A DNA stretch of 64,000 nt, taken from NCBI GenBank assembly GCA_951406725.2, contig OX597815.1, positions 102,548,001-102,612,000 of the forward strand. Reading direction: 5' to 3'. The notes under the pieces are model-generated. The model had not been told where the DNA came from. It saw nothing but the letters and a program-made list of their open reading frames with translations, and did not search any database. Shown one piece after another: positions 1 to 13,086 of the stretch (the stretch's first letter is position 1; the number at the start of each line of letters is the position of its first letter). The position numbers were made by a program, and so were the translations under genes. The stretch comes from Octopus vulgaris (lineage: Eukaryota).

Positions 1-344
1 GAGTACCAACGAACTGCATTAGTATCCAGTTGCATTAACAATTAGCTGCATTACAGCTGAGTAGCCTGGAACAATGAATGTAGTTTTGCTCAAAGCCACA
101 ACTTTACCCAGTCCAGAAATTGAGTGGTGATATTATGATCATGAACTGAAAACAATAATCCGTAAGATGCGCGCGCCTTCACATATAATATACACTTACC
201 TGTCTACCTACCTACCTACCTACCTACCTACCTACCTACCTACCTACCTACCTACCTACCTACCTACAAACCTACCTACCTACATACCAACCTACCTACC
301 TTCCTACCTACCTACCTACCTACCTACCTACCTACCTACCTACC

Positions 345-945
345 TATTTCTTTATTGCCCACAAGAGGCTAAACATAGAGGGGACAAACAAAGACAGGCA
401 AAGGGATTAAGTCGATTACACCGACTCCAGTGCATAGCTGGTACTTATTTAATCGACCCCGAAAGGATGAAAGGCAAAGTCGACCTCGGCGGAATTTGAA
501 CTTAGAACGTAACGGCAGACGGAATACCTATTTCTTTATTACCCACAAGGGGTTAAACATAGAGGGGACAAACAAGGACAGACAAATGGATTAAGTCGAT
601 TATATCAAACCCAGTGCGTAACTGGTACCTTATTTATCAACCCCGAAATGATGAAAGGCAAAGTCGACCTCGGCGGAATTTGAACTGAGAACGTAGCGGC
701 AGACGAAATATCTATTTCTTTACTACCCACAAGTGGCTAAACACAGAAGGGACAAACAAGGACAGACAAACGGATTAAGTCGATTATATCAAACCTAGTG
801 CGTAACTGGTACCTTATTTAATCGACCCCGAAAGGATGAAAGGCAACGTCGACCTAGGCGGAATTTGAACTCAGAACGTAGCGGCAGACGAAATACTGCT
901 AAGCATTTCGCCCGGCGTGCTACGTTTCTGCCACTCGCTGCCTTC
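345..945 (-). mobile_element. tRNA-derived SINE (Meta-domain-like) with its body repeated three times in tandem
   Basis: Three ~183 bp units (345-527, 528-711, 712-~895), each with gaaaggatgaaaggcaaagtcgacctcggcggaatttgaac. Only the last continues into the head (rc AGGCAGCGAGTGGCAGAAACGTAGCACGCCGGGCGAAATGCTTAGC; B-box GAGTTCAAATTCC). Flanked by (ccta)n at 196-345. Confidence 0.85.
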
Positions 946-1904
946 CTTCCTACCTACCTACATACCTAAATACATACAAACGTACATACATACATAAATT
1001 GGCAATATTAACATGCATACATCCAATTCGTGTTTAGAGGACGAGATGCTAGAAATTATGCGTGTATTTTACAATGATTGAGTATCATTTTATCATTAAC
1101 CGTAAGATAAATCTATACGTTCAGCATAAAATCCTTTCATAATTTTTTTATATAGAAGCTATATGTATACAGTATTTAGCATGTGTTTCTAACTTTTTAT
1201 TCAAAGTTTTAAGATTATTTTGATCCAGTGCACGCTAAAATACGATTTAACCAACAAATATGCACCCAATAAATTGGAAGATCACGTGTTCCCTTTAGTG
1301 TTGGTTATAAAATTTATCATAATTTTTCAAATTTCATCCCGATATCTAAAGCATTCATCGCAGTTTTAGAACAAGAAAACCAAATAATTGTTAATATTTT
1401 GTGTTAAATACAGGATTGCACAGAAGTACGGTTTAAACATTCAAAGTCCGAATTCGAAATACAGGAATTTAAAGTCTGACTTTGTTTCTTCACAATTTTC
1501 TTAGTAATGCATATTTCTTATGAAATTTGAGAGAAGTGAGTTTTCGGAAGTATAGATTAATATTTTATTCGTGAAATTGATTCTTTGTTTCGAATTTAAT
1601 TTTTATTTTTCATTGGGGGCAGATCAGAATGAAAAAAGGAAAACCCAGTTTACTAACAATTTTAATATTCAATAAATTGGTCATAATCGCTGTAGATCTT
1701 AAAAATCAGGGAAATATCCAGTTTGATAGCATTCATATCCAACATAACGTTAAGCGGTATCATTGAAAAAATTCTAATTTTTACCTCTGCACTACGTTCT
1801 CTTATATTAAAATTTTGTGCAGCTATAAGTAGCAAGTAATTGAATGGTTAAAAAGTATAGATTTATTTTCTGTCTGAAACATTATATATACATATATATA
1901 TATG

Positions 1905-1953
<49 letters not shown>

Positions 1954-2090
1954 GTATATGTATGTATATCTATCTGTCTATATAAATATATATGCGCGTG
2001 TTTGTGTGTGTTTGTGTTTGTGTGTGTGTGTGTTTGTAGGTATGTATTGCACACACACATATATGGTCTAATATATATATATATATATAT

Positions 2091-2260
2091 ATTAGACAGA
2101 AGGATATAACAAATCCAAGGGTGTGGGGAGTTTTCAGGACATTATAATGAAATAGTCTTACATATCTTTCTGGGATATTATGGATATCCCTTCATACAAT
2201 AGTATCGGCTTGAATTTGCCACTACAAAGTAAAGATACAGAAAATTTAGCCATATTTCAT
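2091..2260 (-). mobile_element. Penelope-like element terminal fragment with degenerate hammerhead motif
   Basis: Lies between (TA)n tracts. Minus strand reads gtatgaa-GGGATAT-ccata-ATATCCC-a-GAAA-gatatg-ta-agac: perfect 7 bp stem II followed by GAAA, but the CUGAUGA box is mutated. Confidence 0.5.
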
Positions 2261-2409
2261 ATATATATATATAATATTTTGTAATATAACTAAAATAAAT
2301 GATGGAAAAAGTGTCTCTGTGCTTTTAAGATGCACTAGATAGTGTTTCTTGCATTATATTCTGGGTGTTTTTCAAAATAAATATTGTGCAGGATCTATAT
2401 ATGTGCTGC

Positions 2410-5356
2410 GTTTTGTGCTATAATGTAAACAGAGCAGTCAATAGGTCGAACTTGGTCGATGAACTGAGACAAAAAAAAATGAAAGAAATTTTTTCGGAAC
2501 TTTTAGGCTGATGCACAAAAGCAAAAACAAGGATTGCTATCAAAGAAAATTATACACCTATCTTCAGATCTAAACAGAACGTATCATTTGCGGTGGTAGT
2601 CAAGCTCAATAAATAAACTAGAAAGGTTGGAAAGCTTGAATATAATTGGAAAGATTGACCATGCAGACTGGGCAGCACTGGTGGTATACGTAAAAAATAA
2701 ATATAATAAGCTAAGAGTGTGCGCAGACTTCTCAGCCGGATTTAACGACTGTTTACTCACACTCTATTATTCATTACCTAGCCCAGAAGAAGTATTTGCT
2801 AAACTAAACAGAGGGAAACGTTTCTCGAAGCTAGATCTCTCGGAGGCGTACGTTCATATTCAGTAAGAAGATTGCACACATCCACTGACAATCAACATGC
2901 ACCGTGGATTGTACAAATTCCAACGACAGCTGTTTAGATTAAAAGTGACACCCACCATATTCCAACAAATAATGGATGCGATGTTAAGTTACTGTGACTT
3001 CACCATCGCATATCTCGATGACATTTTGATAAAGAGCGAGTCTCAGGTGCAACATATCGAACACAAAGAAAGCATTCGAGAGAATAAGTGAACACGGCCT
3101 AAAACTGACAGGAGGAAAATCCGAATTTTTTTATGGGAAGAGAAAAATACTTAGGTCAAGTAATCGACGAAAGTGGACGCAGACGGGACCCATCAAGTGC
3201 GAGGGAAATACGAAATATGCCGCCCCCGACGAACGTGGCAATGCTACAAGCATTCCTATGCTTAGAAAATTATTAGCAAGTGTATATCCCAAATATACAT
3301 AAGGTAAAGGCAACACTTAATGAATTACGAGAAAAAAATGCCAAATAGATTTGGACAGAGAAATATCAGAAGGCATTTAATGAGTTAAAAGACGTGCTAA
3401 CTTCAGACTTATATCTTACGCATTTCGACCCAAAGTTAGAGATAATATTAGCTACAGATGCTAACGAGTATGGGATAGGAGCTGTATGGGACAGGAGCAA
3501 TAACATAAGTAAAGCCATAGCTCACACATCACGGACATTATTGCCGGCGGAAAAGAGCTGTAGCCAGATTAAAAAAGAAGCGTTGGCTACTATATTTGGC
3601 GTGAAAAAGTTCCGCAGGTTCATTCACGGCAGATGTTTTTGGTTGCAAACGGACCATAGACCTCTAATAACGATATGTAGATCCAAGAAAGGAATCCCGA
3701 CACATACGGCAGCGGTGGGGTACCATTGTATTAAACTGCGATTATAGAAAGGAATATCTGCCTTCAAAAGTGTTGGGACATGCCGATGGTCAGTCCAGGT
3801 TAATTGCGAGAAATAACGAACCGCAAGAGGACAAGAGGACATCGTAATAACAGCGCAAAGAGCGGCAGCGGAAAAAAAAAAAATAACGTGGAATATTGTG
3901 CGTGAATTACCAGTAACTTTGGGAGAAATAAAAAGAAATGCGAGAAATGACAAAAATGTTAGTAAGACAAAAAGAAAACTGCGGTCGACAAAAGCAAATA
4001 AAGAAAGGTCTAATGCGAAGAACTGCCAAGATGTGAGCGTGTACTCTTTATGTGATGGTGAACTAATGTACGCTCGCAAGGTGATCATACCACAGACATT
4101 ACAGAAGAGAATGCTAAAAGAGTTCCATATGGGGCATCCAGGCATCTCTAGAATGAAAGCGCTGATGCGAAGTTTTGTATACTGGGCAAGTATGGACAGG
4201 GAAGACAAAAACCTGGCTGCAGAGGATGTGCGCTGAACTATCTGAACAAAATGTGAACGTTGACCGGAAGTGAAAATACCATGGTCGCGATTGCGTATCA
4301 ATTTTGCAGGCCCGGTAAATGGATATTATTACTTAACATAGTGGACAGCTACACAAAATGGCTTGAGGCCGCGAGGTGTAAACGACCAGCCTCATATACG
4401 GTAATAATTTTCTTACACGAGTTGTTCGCACGATTTGGTGTACCGGATATAACTGTTTCTGATAACGGAACACAGTTTGTATCCTGTGAATTTAAAATAT
4501 TCTGCGAGATGTTCACGTTAGAACATAAAACTATAGCACTGTATCACCCTAGATGGAATGGAAGGGCCGATCGTTCCGTGGACACTTTTAAGAGAGCTTT
4601 AAGAGAGCCACAGACAAGGTCCTAATCCAACAATTAAAGGTATATAGGGTAACTCCGAACCCAAACCCACCAGAAGGTAGTTCGCCAGCACAATTAATGT
4701 TTGCCAGAAAGGTGAAGTCAGTATTCGATAAACTGTTACCAGTGAAAAGAAGAACACGTGCCAGTAAAGACATGCCAACATTCTTTATAATCGGTGATAA
4801 GGTATAGGTAAGAGTGTAGAAAAATGTCAAGCAATCAAGGAAAGAAAGATAAATTTTAACATACATAGGAAGAATGATGTATGGTGTGAGAAGCAGAAAT
4901 GGAATGAAAAGGAGACATAGAAATCATCTCAAGGTAAGAGTCATAGAAAAGGAACCAACAAGAGTAGAAATACTGATGGAGTGACTCTATGACACTTTTC
5001 AGGTTCCAACACCGTTACAAGAAGTCGAATCCACACGTACAAGTAGACTCTAAGAAGAAATGATATTGAGTATATATGTATATATAAACATGAGGAAGTA
5101 GGGTAAATAAGAGAAACTGATTGATTATTAAAATAGTTAAAAGGGATGTTGTATAGTGAAATTGTATACCGGTAAATAGACTAGTAGCCGGTCGAGAGTC
5201 GAAGTGAGGGTCGAGAGTCGGAGAGCTGAGAGTCGACAGCTCTAGTCGGTGTCTTGTAGAGCTATCAGCGATAGTAAAACAAAAGAAGTTAGTGTGTTAC
5301 TATTCCGGTTCTAAAAAATACAACGGTACCCGATAACTGGTAACTACTGTACAACA
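2410..5356 (+). mobile_element. Degraded Ty3/Gypsy LTR retrotransposon (RT, RNase H, integrase, 3' LTR); 5' part missing
   Basis: Broken ORFs carry WAALVVYVKNK..LRVCADF, FSKLDLSEAY, YLDDILI (RT); ATDANEYGIGAV, TDHRPL (RNase H); HMGHPGISRMKALMRSFVYW, VDSYTKW, VSDNGTQF (integrase). Order RT-RH-IN is Gypsy-type. Many stops and frameshifts. Confidence 0.93.
5147..5356 (+). repeat. Putative 3' LTR of the Gypsy element
   Basis: Purine tract aaaaggga (5139-5146) directly precedes TGTTGTA at 5147. The perfect inverted terminus TACAACA is at 5350-5356 (alternative end atacaac, 5318-5324). No 5' LTR partner in the window. Confidence 0.65.
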
Positions 5357-8300
5357 GTAGTCATACGTCACACCAGTGGCAGGAACCCACTTTACAACAG
5401 GATGAGGTCATCCAAATAAAAATAATTTGATTTATTCTTATCTTGGACTTCGTAAACTCAAAGGCACACCTGGATTTTCTCAGTTTATTTGTCAGAGGGA
5501 TTAATGCAATGACGAAGGATAACTGAGAGAGCGAATCTCCTTGGAAAATGCTCTTATATATTTTTACGTTGCTTCGCGATTCATTTGCATATGTCAGTGC
5601 CACTTCTCACACTCTCATTGCTTTCTTCAAAAAGTTGTTTATCTTCTCACTGACTTCTAGCGTTCTTAGACACTCCGAGAGGTAGCTGTGTGGGACATTG
5701 TTGCAAGCCTTCCTGTAATCTATCCATCCAAAAGCTAAATTCTTCTTCCTTACTCGTACCTAATTTAATATTTTACTATCTGTATATAACAAATCAGCAG
5801 TTCTTCATTTCTTCCTACATTCTTTTTGTTCCTTTGGAAATAGACTCTCCTTTGCCAGAAAATTTTATCATCTGCTATAATGCCAGTTAATAGCTTCCAG
5901 AGAAATGGTAGGCAAGTAATTATTATCATTATTATTGGATGAAAACTCTCAGCTTATTTTGCTGGGTATGATGGAAAGTGTCGGCTGTCCACAGCCAGCA
6001 GACTAAGGTGACACTTGTTTACTGATTATGCTTCAAGAATTCCTGCAGTTCCAAGCAATGCTGATTTTTGTAGGTGTTCTATCTTTACATTTGTGCCAAT
6101 ATTTTTGAATCATGTTGGTAGTTGAGTGCTGATACTTCCAAGTGCGCCAATTACTGTTATTACCACGTCTGCTCATCTCACTGACCGTACATTTTTTCTC
6201 CTTCCATGCTGTTTGTGTTCTTTTCCTATTTAAGTTTTTCTTTCTTTACATAATTATCAGTTTTAATGACGCCGGACTTTTCACGTGTTTCAACAATGGT
6301 TCCACGGTATTTTTCACATATCACCCTAAGCTATTTTTCTCTGCTTCGATACAATCCTAACAACTGATCAAAACTTTCTCACCTTTTGTTCTGGACAAGT
6401 GCTGCCTACCGGTGTTACTCTTAGAGTGGAAGGCTCCGTGCACTGTCAATATTTCTTGACTCCAGCCCCATACCGAATTGATGTTATATTAACTGCTTGG
6501 ATTTTATTCTCTCCAGTCAGTTTTGAGCGCAACACCAATCTTAGTCTTCGAAAATATTCCATCCTCAGTTGTTCTTTCAATTCTTTCTCCATGATTTCTT
6601 AGAACTCTTGAATGCCAAGTTATTTGTAGCCTTCCTTTTCAATTTGTTTAATCGGTTCTCTATCAGGTAATTCTATCCTTGCTAGGGACTCTACCTTTCC
6701 AGATAAAGTCTTGCTAGGGACGGTATTCTTGTCAGATAAAGTCGCTCTATATCTGCCTTAGGGTGGTGCATTCTATGCATTGTCAACAGTTTTCGTATTT
6801 TTCTCTCAAAATTACATATTTCAGTAATTGACCAGTTAATGTACTGAAACTGTAAGTCACGCCTTGTATGGCTAAAGCATTGATTGCTTCGATCCTGTTT
6901 CTTCCATTCAGCTCTGTCTTCAATATTTCTCTCATCTTGCGATAACATTCTCTTCTGATCCTTTCCCTCAACAGTGCATGTTTGATTCCGTCCCCTTCAA
7001 TTACCCCTAGGTATTTGTAGCTCTCCGTTGGTTCTAACTCTTTTATGACATTCTGCTGGTCAAGGTTAACGTTAGATGTTTCTGTCAATTTTCCTTTGAT
7101 AAACGTAGCTTTTTAAACATGTTGTCCTTGAAGAATCTAACGCGCTTTTCATACATTGCTATGCGGGCAGCTTTAGCACATACCTTTTGCTTGATGGTTT
7201 CTATGGTGGTATCAATGTCAAATACGGATTTCATATTATATTGTTTCTTTAATTTTCGGGTTTTTGTAGGTTTGATTGTCTTGTTAAGCTTAAGTTTTTT
7301 CAAACATTCTATGTCAGACCTAAGTAGCTTAATTTGGTGTTGAATACGCTCTTGCCAAGAAGGTTGTTTCTAATCTTTTCACCTCATAGAATTGCTGAGA
7401 TTTTCGCGGATGCAGAGTACAGGTGGTTGAGATCTGTAATATTAACATCATTAGCTGAAATTATATCCTTAAGTGCAAGGCAGGTTTTACCAGATTTTAT
7501 TTTCAGGTTTTTGTTAGAATTGCAAATTTTTGGGAGAGTATCGCGTTCATTCATACTTGTTTCTTTAATTTTCAGCCATTCGATCATGATTTGATTTTTT
7601 TAGATCATGTAGTTCTGTTGGGTCAATTTCTGTGTGACTTTCTTCATCTATTTGATTTTCATCTGCCCTGGGCTGATCTATAATTATTTCCTCTGTAGTA
7701 TCTTTAGCTGCAGCTTTGTTCTTTTTATCCCTTACCTCTTGTTTAATTTGGTCAATCTCTATTTTAGTTAGTAATTTTTTTCACAATGCTTCTTCTGACG
7801 TTGGCAAGTTTGTTACTGTCTATGTAGGGTCTTACTTCAAAGTGTTTCTGTCACCAGTTTAAGTAGGTTTTGTACAGTATTAGATTTATTTGTGGGGAAA
7901 TATATAGCATGGTAGAAGGCCGTAAGAACTTCTTTATTATCTTCCCTAGACCATTTTTCATTCTTTTTCCTTTGGTTGTTTGATGACGAGCATGGAAGGT
8001 CATTTGTTGGAATATTCCGGTTGTGGGGTACTTCTAGCTCCTGTGTGTCGGGAAAATTTGAACCAGCAGCTGATTTCTTGCTTCGAATCTGGTTCCTCAT
8101 TCGAGTACGTGGCCTTTTGTAATCCGTCGATGACCATTTCGGTTTGTACTTGCTTTGTTAACAGTGAGGCATGACGAGCTTCGACGTTGACATTAGGGGA
8201 CGGATCTGTTTGTTTAGGGTTAACTTTTTGAGAAGACAACACAGTCTCCGAGTTCTCCGCATGTAAACATTGCTCGTAACGTAGCTTCTTAAGGTTAACA

Positions 8301-8616
8301 GATCTATATCGAGTACGTGGCCCTTTGTGATCCGGTCGACGACTAATCTGGTTTGTAATTTGCTTTGTTATCATTGAGGCATGACGTGTTTCGACGTTGA
8401 CATTAGGGGACGGATTTGTCTGTTTAGGGTCAATCTTTTTAGGCAACACCGTCAAGGAGATCTCTGCATGTAAACATTGCTCGTACAATAGCTTCTTAAG
8501 ACTAACAGATCTGTACTCGTCTGTATTTTTTGTTGCTGTTGATAGGTTAATCTCCGAGCATAGTTTTTTGTGGTGTTTTTAAACTTATGAATGGTTCACT
8601 CTGCCTGTGTTAGCTC

Positions 8617-8618
<2 letters not shown>
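5357..8618 (-). mobile_element. Nested/composite R4-Dong-like (RLE) non-LTR retrotransposon fragments
   Basis: IFQGDSLSQLSFVIALIPLT (RT, 5361-5603); a 3' end LQKSALLGTAGIL with (taa)n tail at ~5920-6080; ESYKYLGVIE, INALAI, HPKADIERLYL (6691-7088); N-terminal basic region 7085-8488. Confidence 0.88.
8101..8516. repeat. Two ~208 bp tandem repeat units inside the LINE ORF N-terminus
   Basis: Both units start tcgagtacgtggcc (8101, 8309) and share ttcgacgttgacattaggggacggat and gcatgtaaacattgctcgta. The peptide YEQCLHAE...PKQT.PSPNVNVE.RHAS is repeated in ORF 8000-8488. Confidence 0.9.
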
Positions 8619-8708
<90 letters not shown>

Positions 8709-8710
<2 letters not shown>

Positions 8711-9265
8711 GAGTGAGAGAGCAGTGCATGCCATCAAAGTGACACTGGGGTAAAATATACGAAGCCCAATATACCCATCATGACTACCCGTCTGATAAAG
8801 GTACACCAGGCACATGCATCACAATCATATGTGCGCAACATGGTGATCTCATATCAAGATAAACAGCACATGACCTTGCAGGTGGGGCCCAGTTAGAATT
8901 TTCTTCAAGTTGAGTAGCCCATCCCACTCAAAAGGTCCCTGAATAAGGGTTGTTTAAGGATGTTGAAAGAACCACCCATGTTTCCAGAGGTGAATTATTC
9001 AAACCCCAAAGAATCCCTCTCAACACATGGCTATGATGCTCCCCCACTACTTCTGCTCGTGATCAGAGATGCACATATCGTCAGCCACTAAGGGACATGC
9101 TCAACTGGTTACGGTCAAACAACTGACAAGCAAATCTGTGGTATTGAGCAGAATATTTGCTGTAGCCCATCTTTTATACCAAGACAAGACAATGTACATG
9201 ATAACACTTCCAATCAGTTAAGATCAGAAGCCATGAGAGCCACTGCCTGGTACTGCATCAGGGCA

Positions 9266-9268
<3 letters not shown>
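8709..9268 (-). mobile_element. ~560 bp non-coding interspersed element embedded in (TAA)n (probable non-autonomous retroposon)
   Basis: Flanked both sides by (tta)n. The same sequence occurs in opposite orientation at 19537-19975 and, internally deleted, at 49040-49158. Orientation inferred from the taa tail. Confidence 0.8.
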
Positions 9269-9345
<77 letters not shown>

Positions 9346-9360
9346 GTAGTAGTAGTAGTA

Positions 9361-9650
9361 TTATCTCTTTATCAAAGGTTTTGTTGGAGCTCCTGGAGTC
9401 TTGCATGCATAGCGGGCTTACTGCCTGCAGCTTACGGTACCATGCTATTTGTTCTTTTCAGTTAATACTTTCCTCATTATTCTAACCGTGCTAAGGAGGC
9501 AAACCTTTTGTAACAGTCCTACTGGGCACTCTATTCCAATTTTCTTTATATTCCCCTTGATGTCTTCTGATTCTGTTCGCAAGTGCTCAACGATAATTGG
9601 CACTATCTTCACCTTCATTATCCATAGACAGGCTATTTCTTACTTATGAT
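9361..9650 (-). mobile_element. R4/Dong-like LINE 3' end
   Basis: Minus strand encodes ECPVGLLQKVCLLSTVRIMRKVL (typical C-terminus). Near-duplicate of 9850-10130. Bounded by trinucleotide repeats. Confidence 0.8.
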
Positions 9651-9655
9651 GGTCA

Positions 9656-9797
<142 letters not shown>

Positions 9798-9849
9798 GTT
9801 CTTCCTCCTCCTCCACCTCTTTTTCTTCTTTTTCTTCTTATTTACTTTC

Positions 9850-10650
9850 TTTTTATCATTGGTTTTGTTGGAGCTCCCGGAGTCTTACATGCGTAGTGGG
9901 CTTGCTACCTGCAGCCTACGGTACCCTGCTATTCGCTCTGTTCAGCTATCTAATACTTTCTTGATTATTCTGACCGTGCCAAGGAAGCAAACCTTTTGTA
10001 ACAGTTCTACTGGGCACTCTATTCCCATTTCCTTCATATTCCCCTTGATGCCTTCTGATACTGTTTTCTAGGATCCAAAAATATTTGGCACTATCTTCAT
10101 TTACCGTAGCCGGGCTATTTCGTACTTATGAGAGTTGTATCTATCTATCTTTTCGCCTTCCTTCTTGACTATTCATTGGTGAATTATATAGCATATGTTT
10201 TGCAACGCCAACTATATAGCATATGTGGTGCAACTTGCCCACCCCCACTGGGTCCGGTCTGTTATACTCTAGCACCTGATTTGTTTGGATTAGGAAATCC
10301 CAGAGAATTTTACTCGTCTCCGACTCTGTCACACTCTGTAGTTTGTGTTCATACCACGTCTTGGATCTTTCTAGCCCCAACTTTTGGCACAGATTCCACT
10401 GTAGCACTTTCGCTGCTTGGTCGTATCGCCACATGTAGTAATTTTGGGTAAATCTAGGGCATTCGTTCGTGATATGGGCAATGGTTTCACCCACTCTATT
10501 GCAGATACGGCACAGCGGAGACATTTGCTCATTTTTCAGGTTTACGCTCCATTTCGTGGCCAGAGCTTGGTCATGCGCTGCCAGTATATTGCTGTTGGTC
10601 TCTCTTTTTTTAGGGTTCCTTTCATCAGCCAATTCCAACTTCTGTTGTGG
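9850..10650 (-). mobile_element. R4/Dong-like LINE 3' fragment (CCHC finger + RLE endonuclease)
   Basis: ORF 10141-10638: ILAAHDQAL, CRICNRVGETIAHITNEC, RYDQAAKVLQW, ILWDFLIQT...NRPD. Confidence 0.88.
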
Positions 10651-10659
10651 CTAATGAAA

Positions 10660-10661
10660 TT

Positions 10662-10739
<78 letters not shown>

Positions 10740-10769
10740 ATATCATTATCATCATCATCATCATCATCA

Positions 10770-10807
<38 letters not shown>

Positions 10808-11330
10808 TGGCTAACATTATCAAACGGTTTATTACATTTGTTACCGTTTCCGGTATTGTGTGGTTTACAAGAAACTGCCATTTCTACTGTTTTGAGCAAT
10901 GTTAATTTTTTTTTGTCTCTTATTATTTTGTCTCTTATTATTTACAAATTCTCGAAAACGTTCAAAATTCTGGGTTGGGGCTTATTCGTTAGAGAAAGAA
11001 AAAGAAGTACTACACTCAAATAAGTGAATATTTATAAACTGAAATAACAGTATTCAAATATAAACCTTATTTTTTTCCTTACAAAAGTAACAAATGTAAA
11101 TACACAAACGTTCTACAATATAGAATCTACATTGTACTATACAGAAAAAAAGTAGACAAAGAAAAAAGCAAAAAATCCCCAAAACAAAACAAGACAAAAC
11201 AAAATAACCCATTCTCCCCGAAACACGAGCACGCAAAAAAGAAAAAAAGAAAATTTTTTTCGCTCTGTATAAACACTGTAATCTGACTTTTCCACAGACC
11301 TGTATCTGAAGACGTCCACTTGTATTCCGA

Positions 11331-11394
<64 letters not shown>

Positions 11395-11401
11395 GCTGCT
11401 G

Positions 11402-11481
<80 letters not shown>

Positions 11482-11509
11482 ACTACTACTACTACTACTA
11501 CTGCTGCTG

Positions 11510-11552
<43 letters not shown>

Positions 11553-11659
11553 AATAGCAACAAAAGCAACATCGATAATAATAATAATAATAGTAATAAT
11601 AATGATGATGATGATAATAATAATGATAATGACGACGACGACAATAATGATGATGATGG

Positions 11660-11706
<47 letters not shown>

Positions 11707-11750
11707 GTGATGATGATGGTGACGACGACGATAATCAACATCAATGCGTG
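10660..11750. repeat. Compound trinucleotide microsatellites (TTA/TCA; CTA/CTG/ATA/ATG)
   Basis: Runs read directly at 10662-10806 and 11331-11735. They explain the poly-Y/I/V/T/M ORFs. Confidence 0.97.
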
Positions 11751-12162
11751 AAGATGAAAACGAACAATTAAATAGAGAATATAGAGCCTTTCACCAGCCA
11801 TGAAATGAAACATTGCTTCAATGTATCTGGCCTCACTAAAAATACCGATCAAAGATAAAAGAAAAAACGACGATGATTATTATGAAAGATCACAAGGTCT
11901 TTTGATGCTTATGAAAAATTGTCTGCCTGAAAATTCTAGAATTAATCAAGAGAATCAATCGATCAATAATCGAAGGCGGGAAAAACTAATGTTCTGTGTT
12001 AAATATTCGCTCCAAAGTGCAATAAGATAGATATATATCCGTATTCATATAAGAACACATGCATACACATGTACATACATATAAATATATATACACGTAC
12101 ACACACATATATATACATGTATAATATATAAGTGCCTATATCTATCTATCTATGTATCTATG

Positions 12163-12269
<107 letters not shown>

Positions 12270-12324
12270 TTATTTATCTATCTATCTATCTCATTTACGC
12301 ATGTGTACGTCTATTTGGAGACAG

Positions 12325-12600
12325 CATGGCTATATGGTTAAGACATTCGCTTCTAAATCGTAAGATCCAGAGTTCGCTGCACATTCTAGTATCTTGACAA
12401 GTGTCTTTTTTGCCCATTGAAGCCTGTCCGATTGCATCTGCAATGAAAAAGTCCAGCCTTTCACAATGCGTTATACTTTTTCTTTTTGAGAATAACGTTA
12501 AGAGTATATGTTTCTGCGGAATATTCAGCCACCTAGACTCTAAGGAAATAGTCTTGTTTTTTTTTCATTTAAACAACTGAAAACTGATGGTTAAAACTTC
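12325..12600 (+). mobile_element. Degenerate tRNA-derived SINE (family of 43426-43814)
   Basis: Head gcatggctatatggttaag; body gagaataacgttaagagtatatgtttctgcggaatattcagccac matches gagaactacgttaagggtacacgtgtctgtggagtgctcagccac at 43683-43726. Confidence 0.65.
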
Positions 12601-13086
12601 TGAGTTACTCATACACGCAGAAATACACACACACACACACACGCATGCATGCATACATTTATATCTATGTTTGTATTACTCTCTCTCACGCTCCCTCCCT
12701 AACTGCGTATATCTTAAATGTATATCTTAAATGTGTATCTATCAAATTTATCTCATCTCAAACTACAGCTAAGATTCATAACAGTATGAACATGTTTCGT
12801 ATTAATGATGCCTATTATTTCGTGTTAATCAACTCCTATTATTAACACTAACGTATGCATTTTGACATTCATTTTTGAAGTACTTTTACTAATTTTATAA
12901 CATCGTAGTTCTCATGGCAAGTGACTTGATATTCCAGATTTAATCTACTCAACATCTAGTGGTTGTTCTCCTGTTTTTAAATCCGTTTCAATGCTGATTG
13001 AGTAGGCTTAAGGTCAGATATTGCATCGTTGATCTTATCATATAATATTTGGTCATTGTGCATTTAAGACAATATCATCGTTTCGT

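Noticed and set aside
345-895. CRISPR-like or regularly spaced repeats
   Set aside because: Units are whole SINE bodies with no unique spacers; eukaryotic context, no cas genes.
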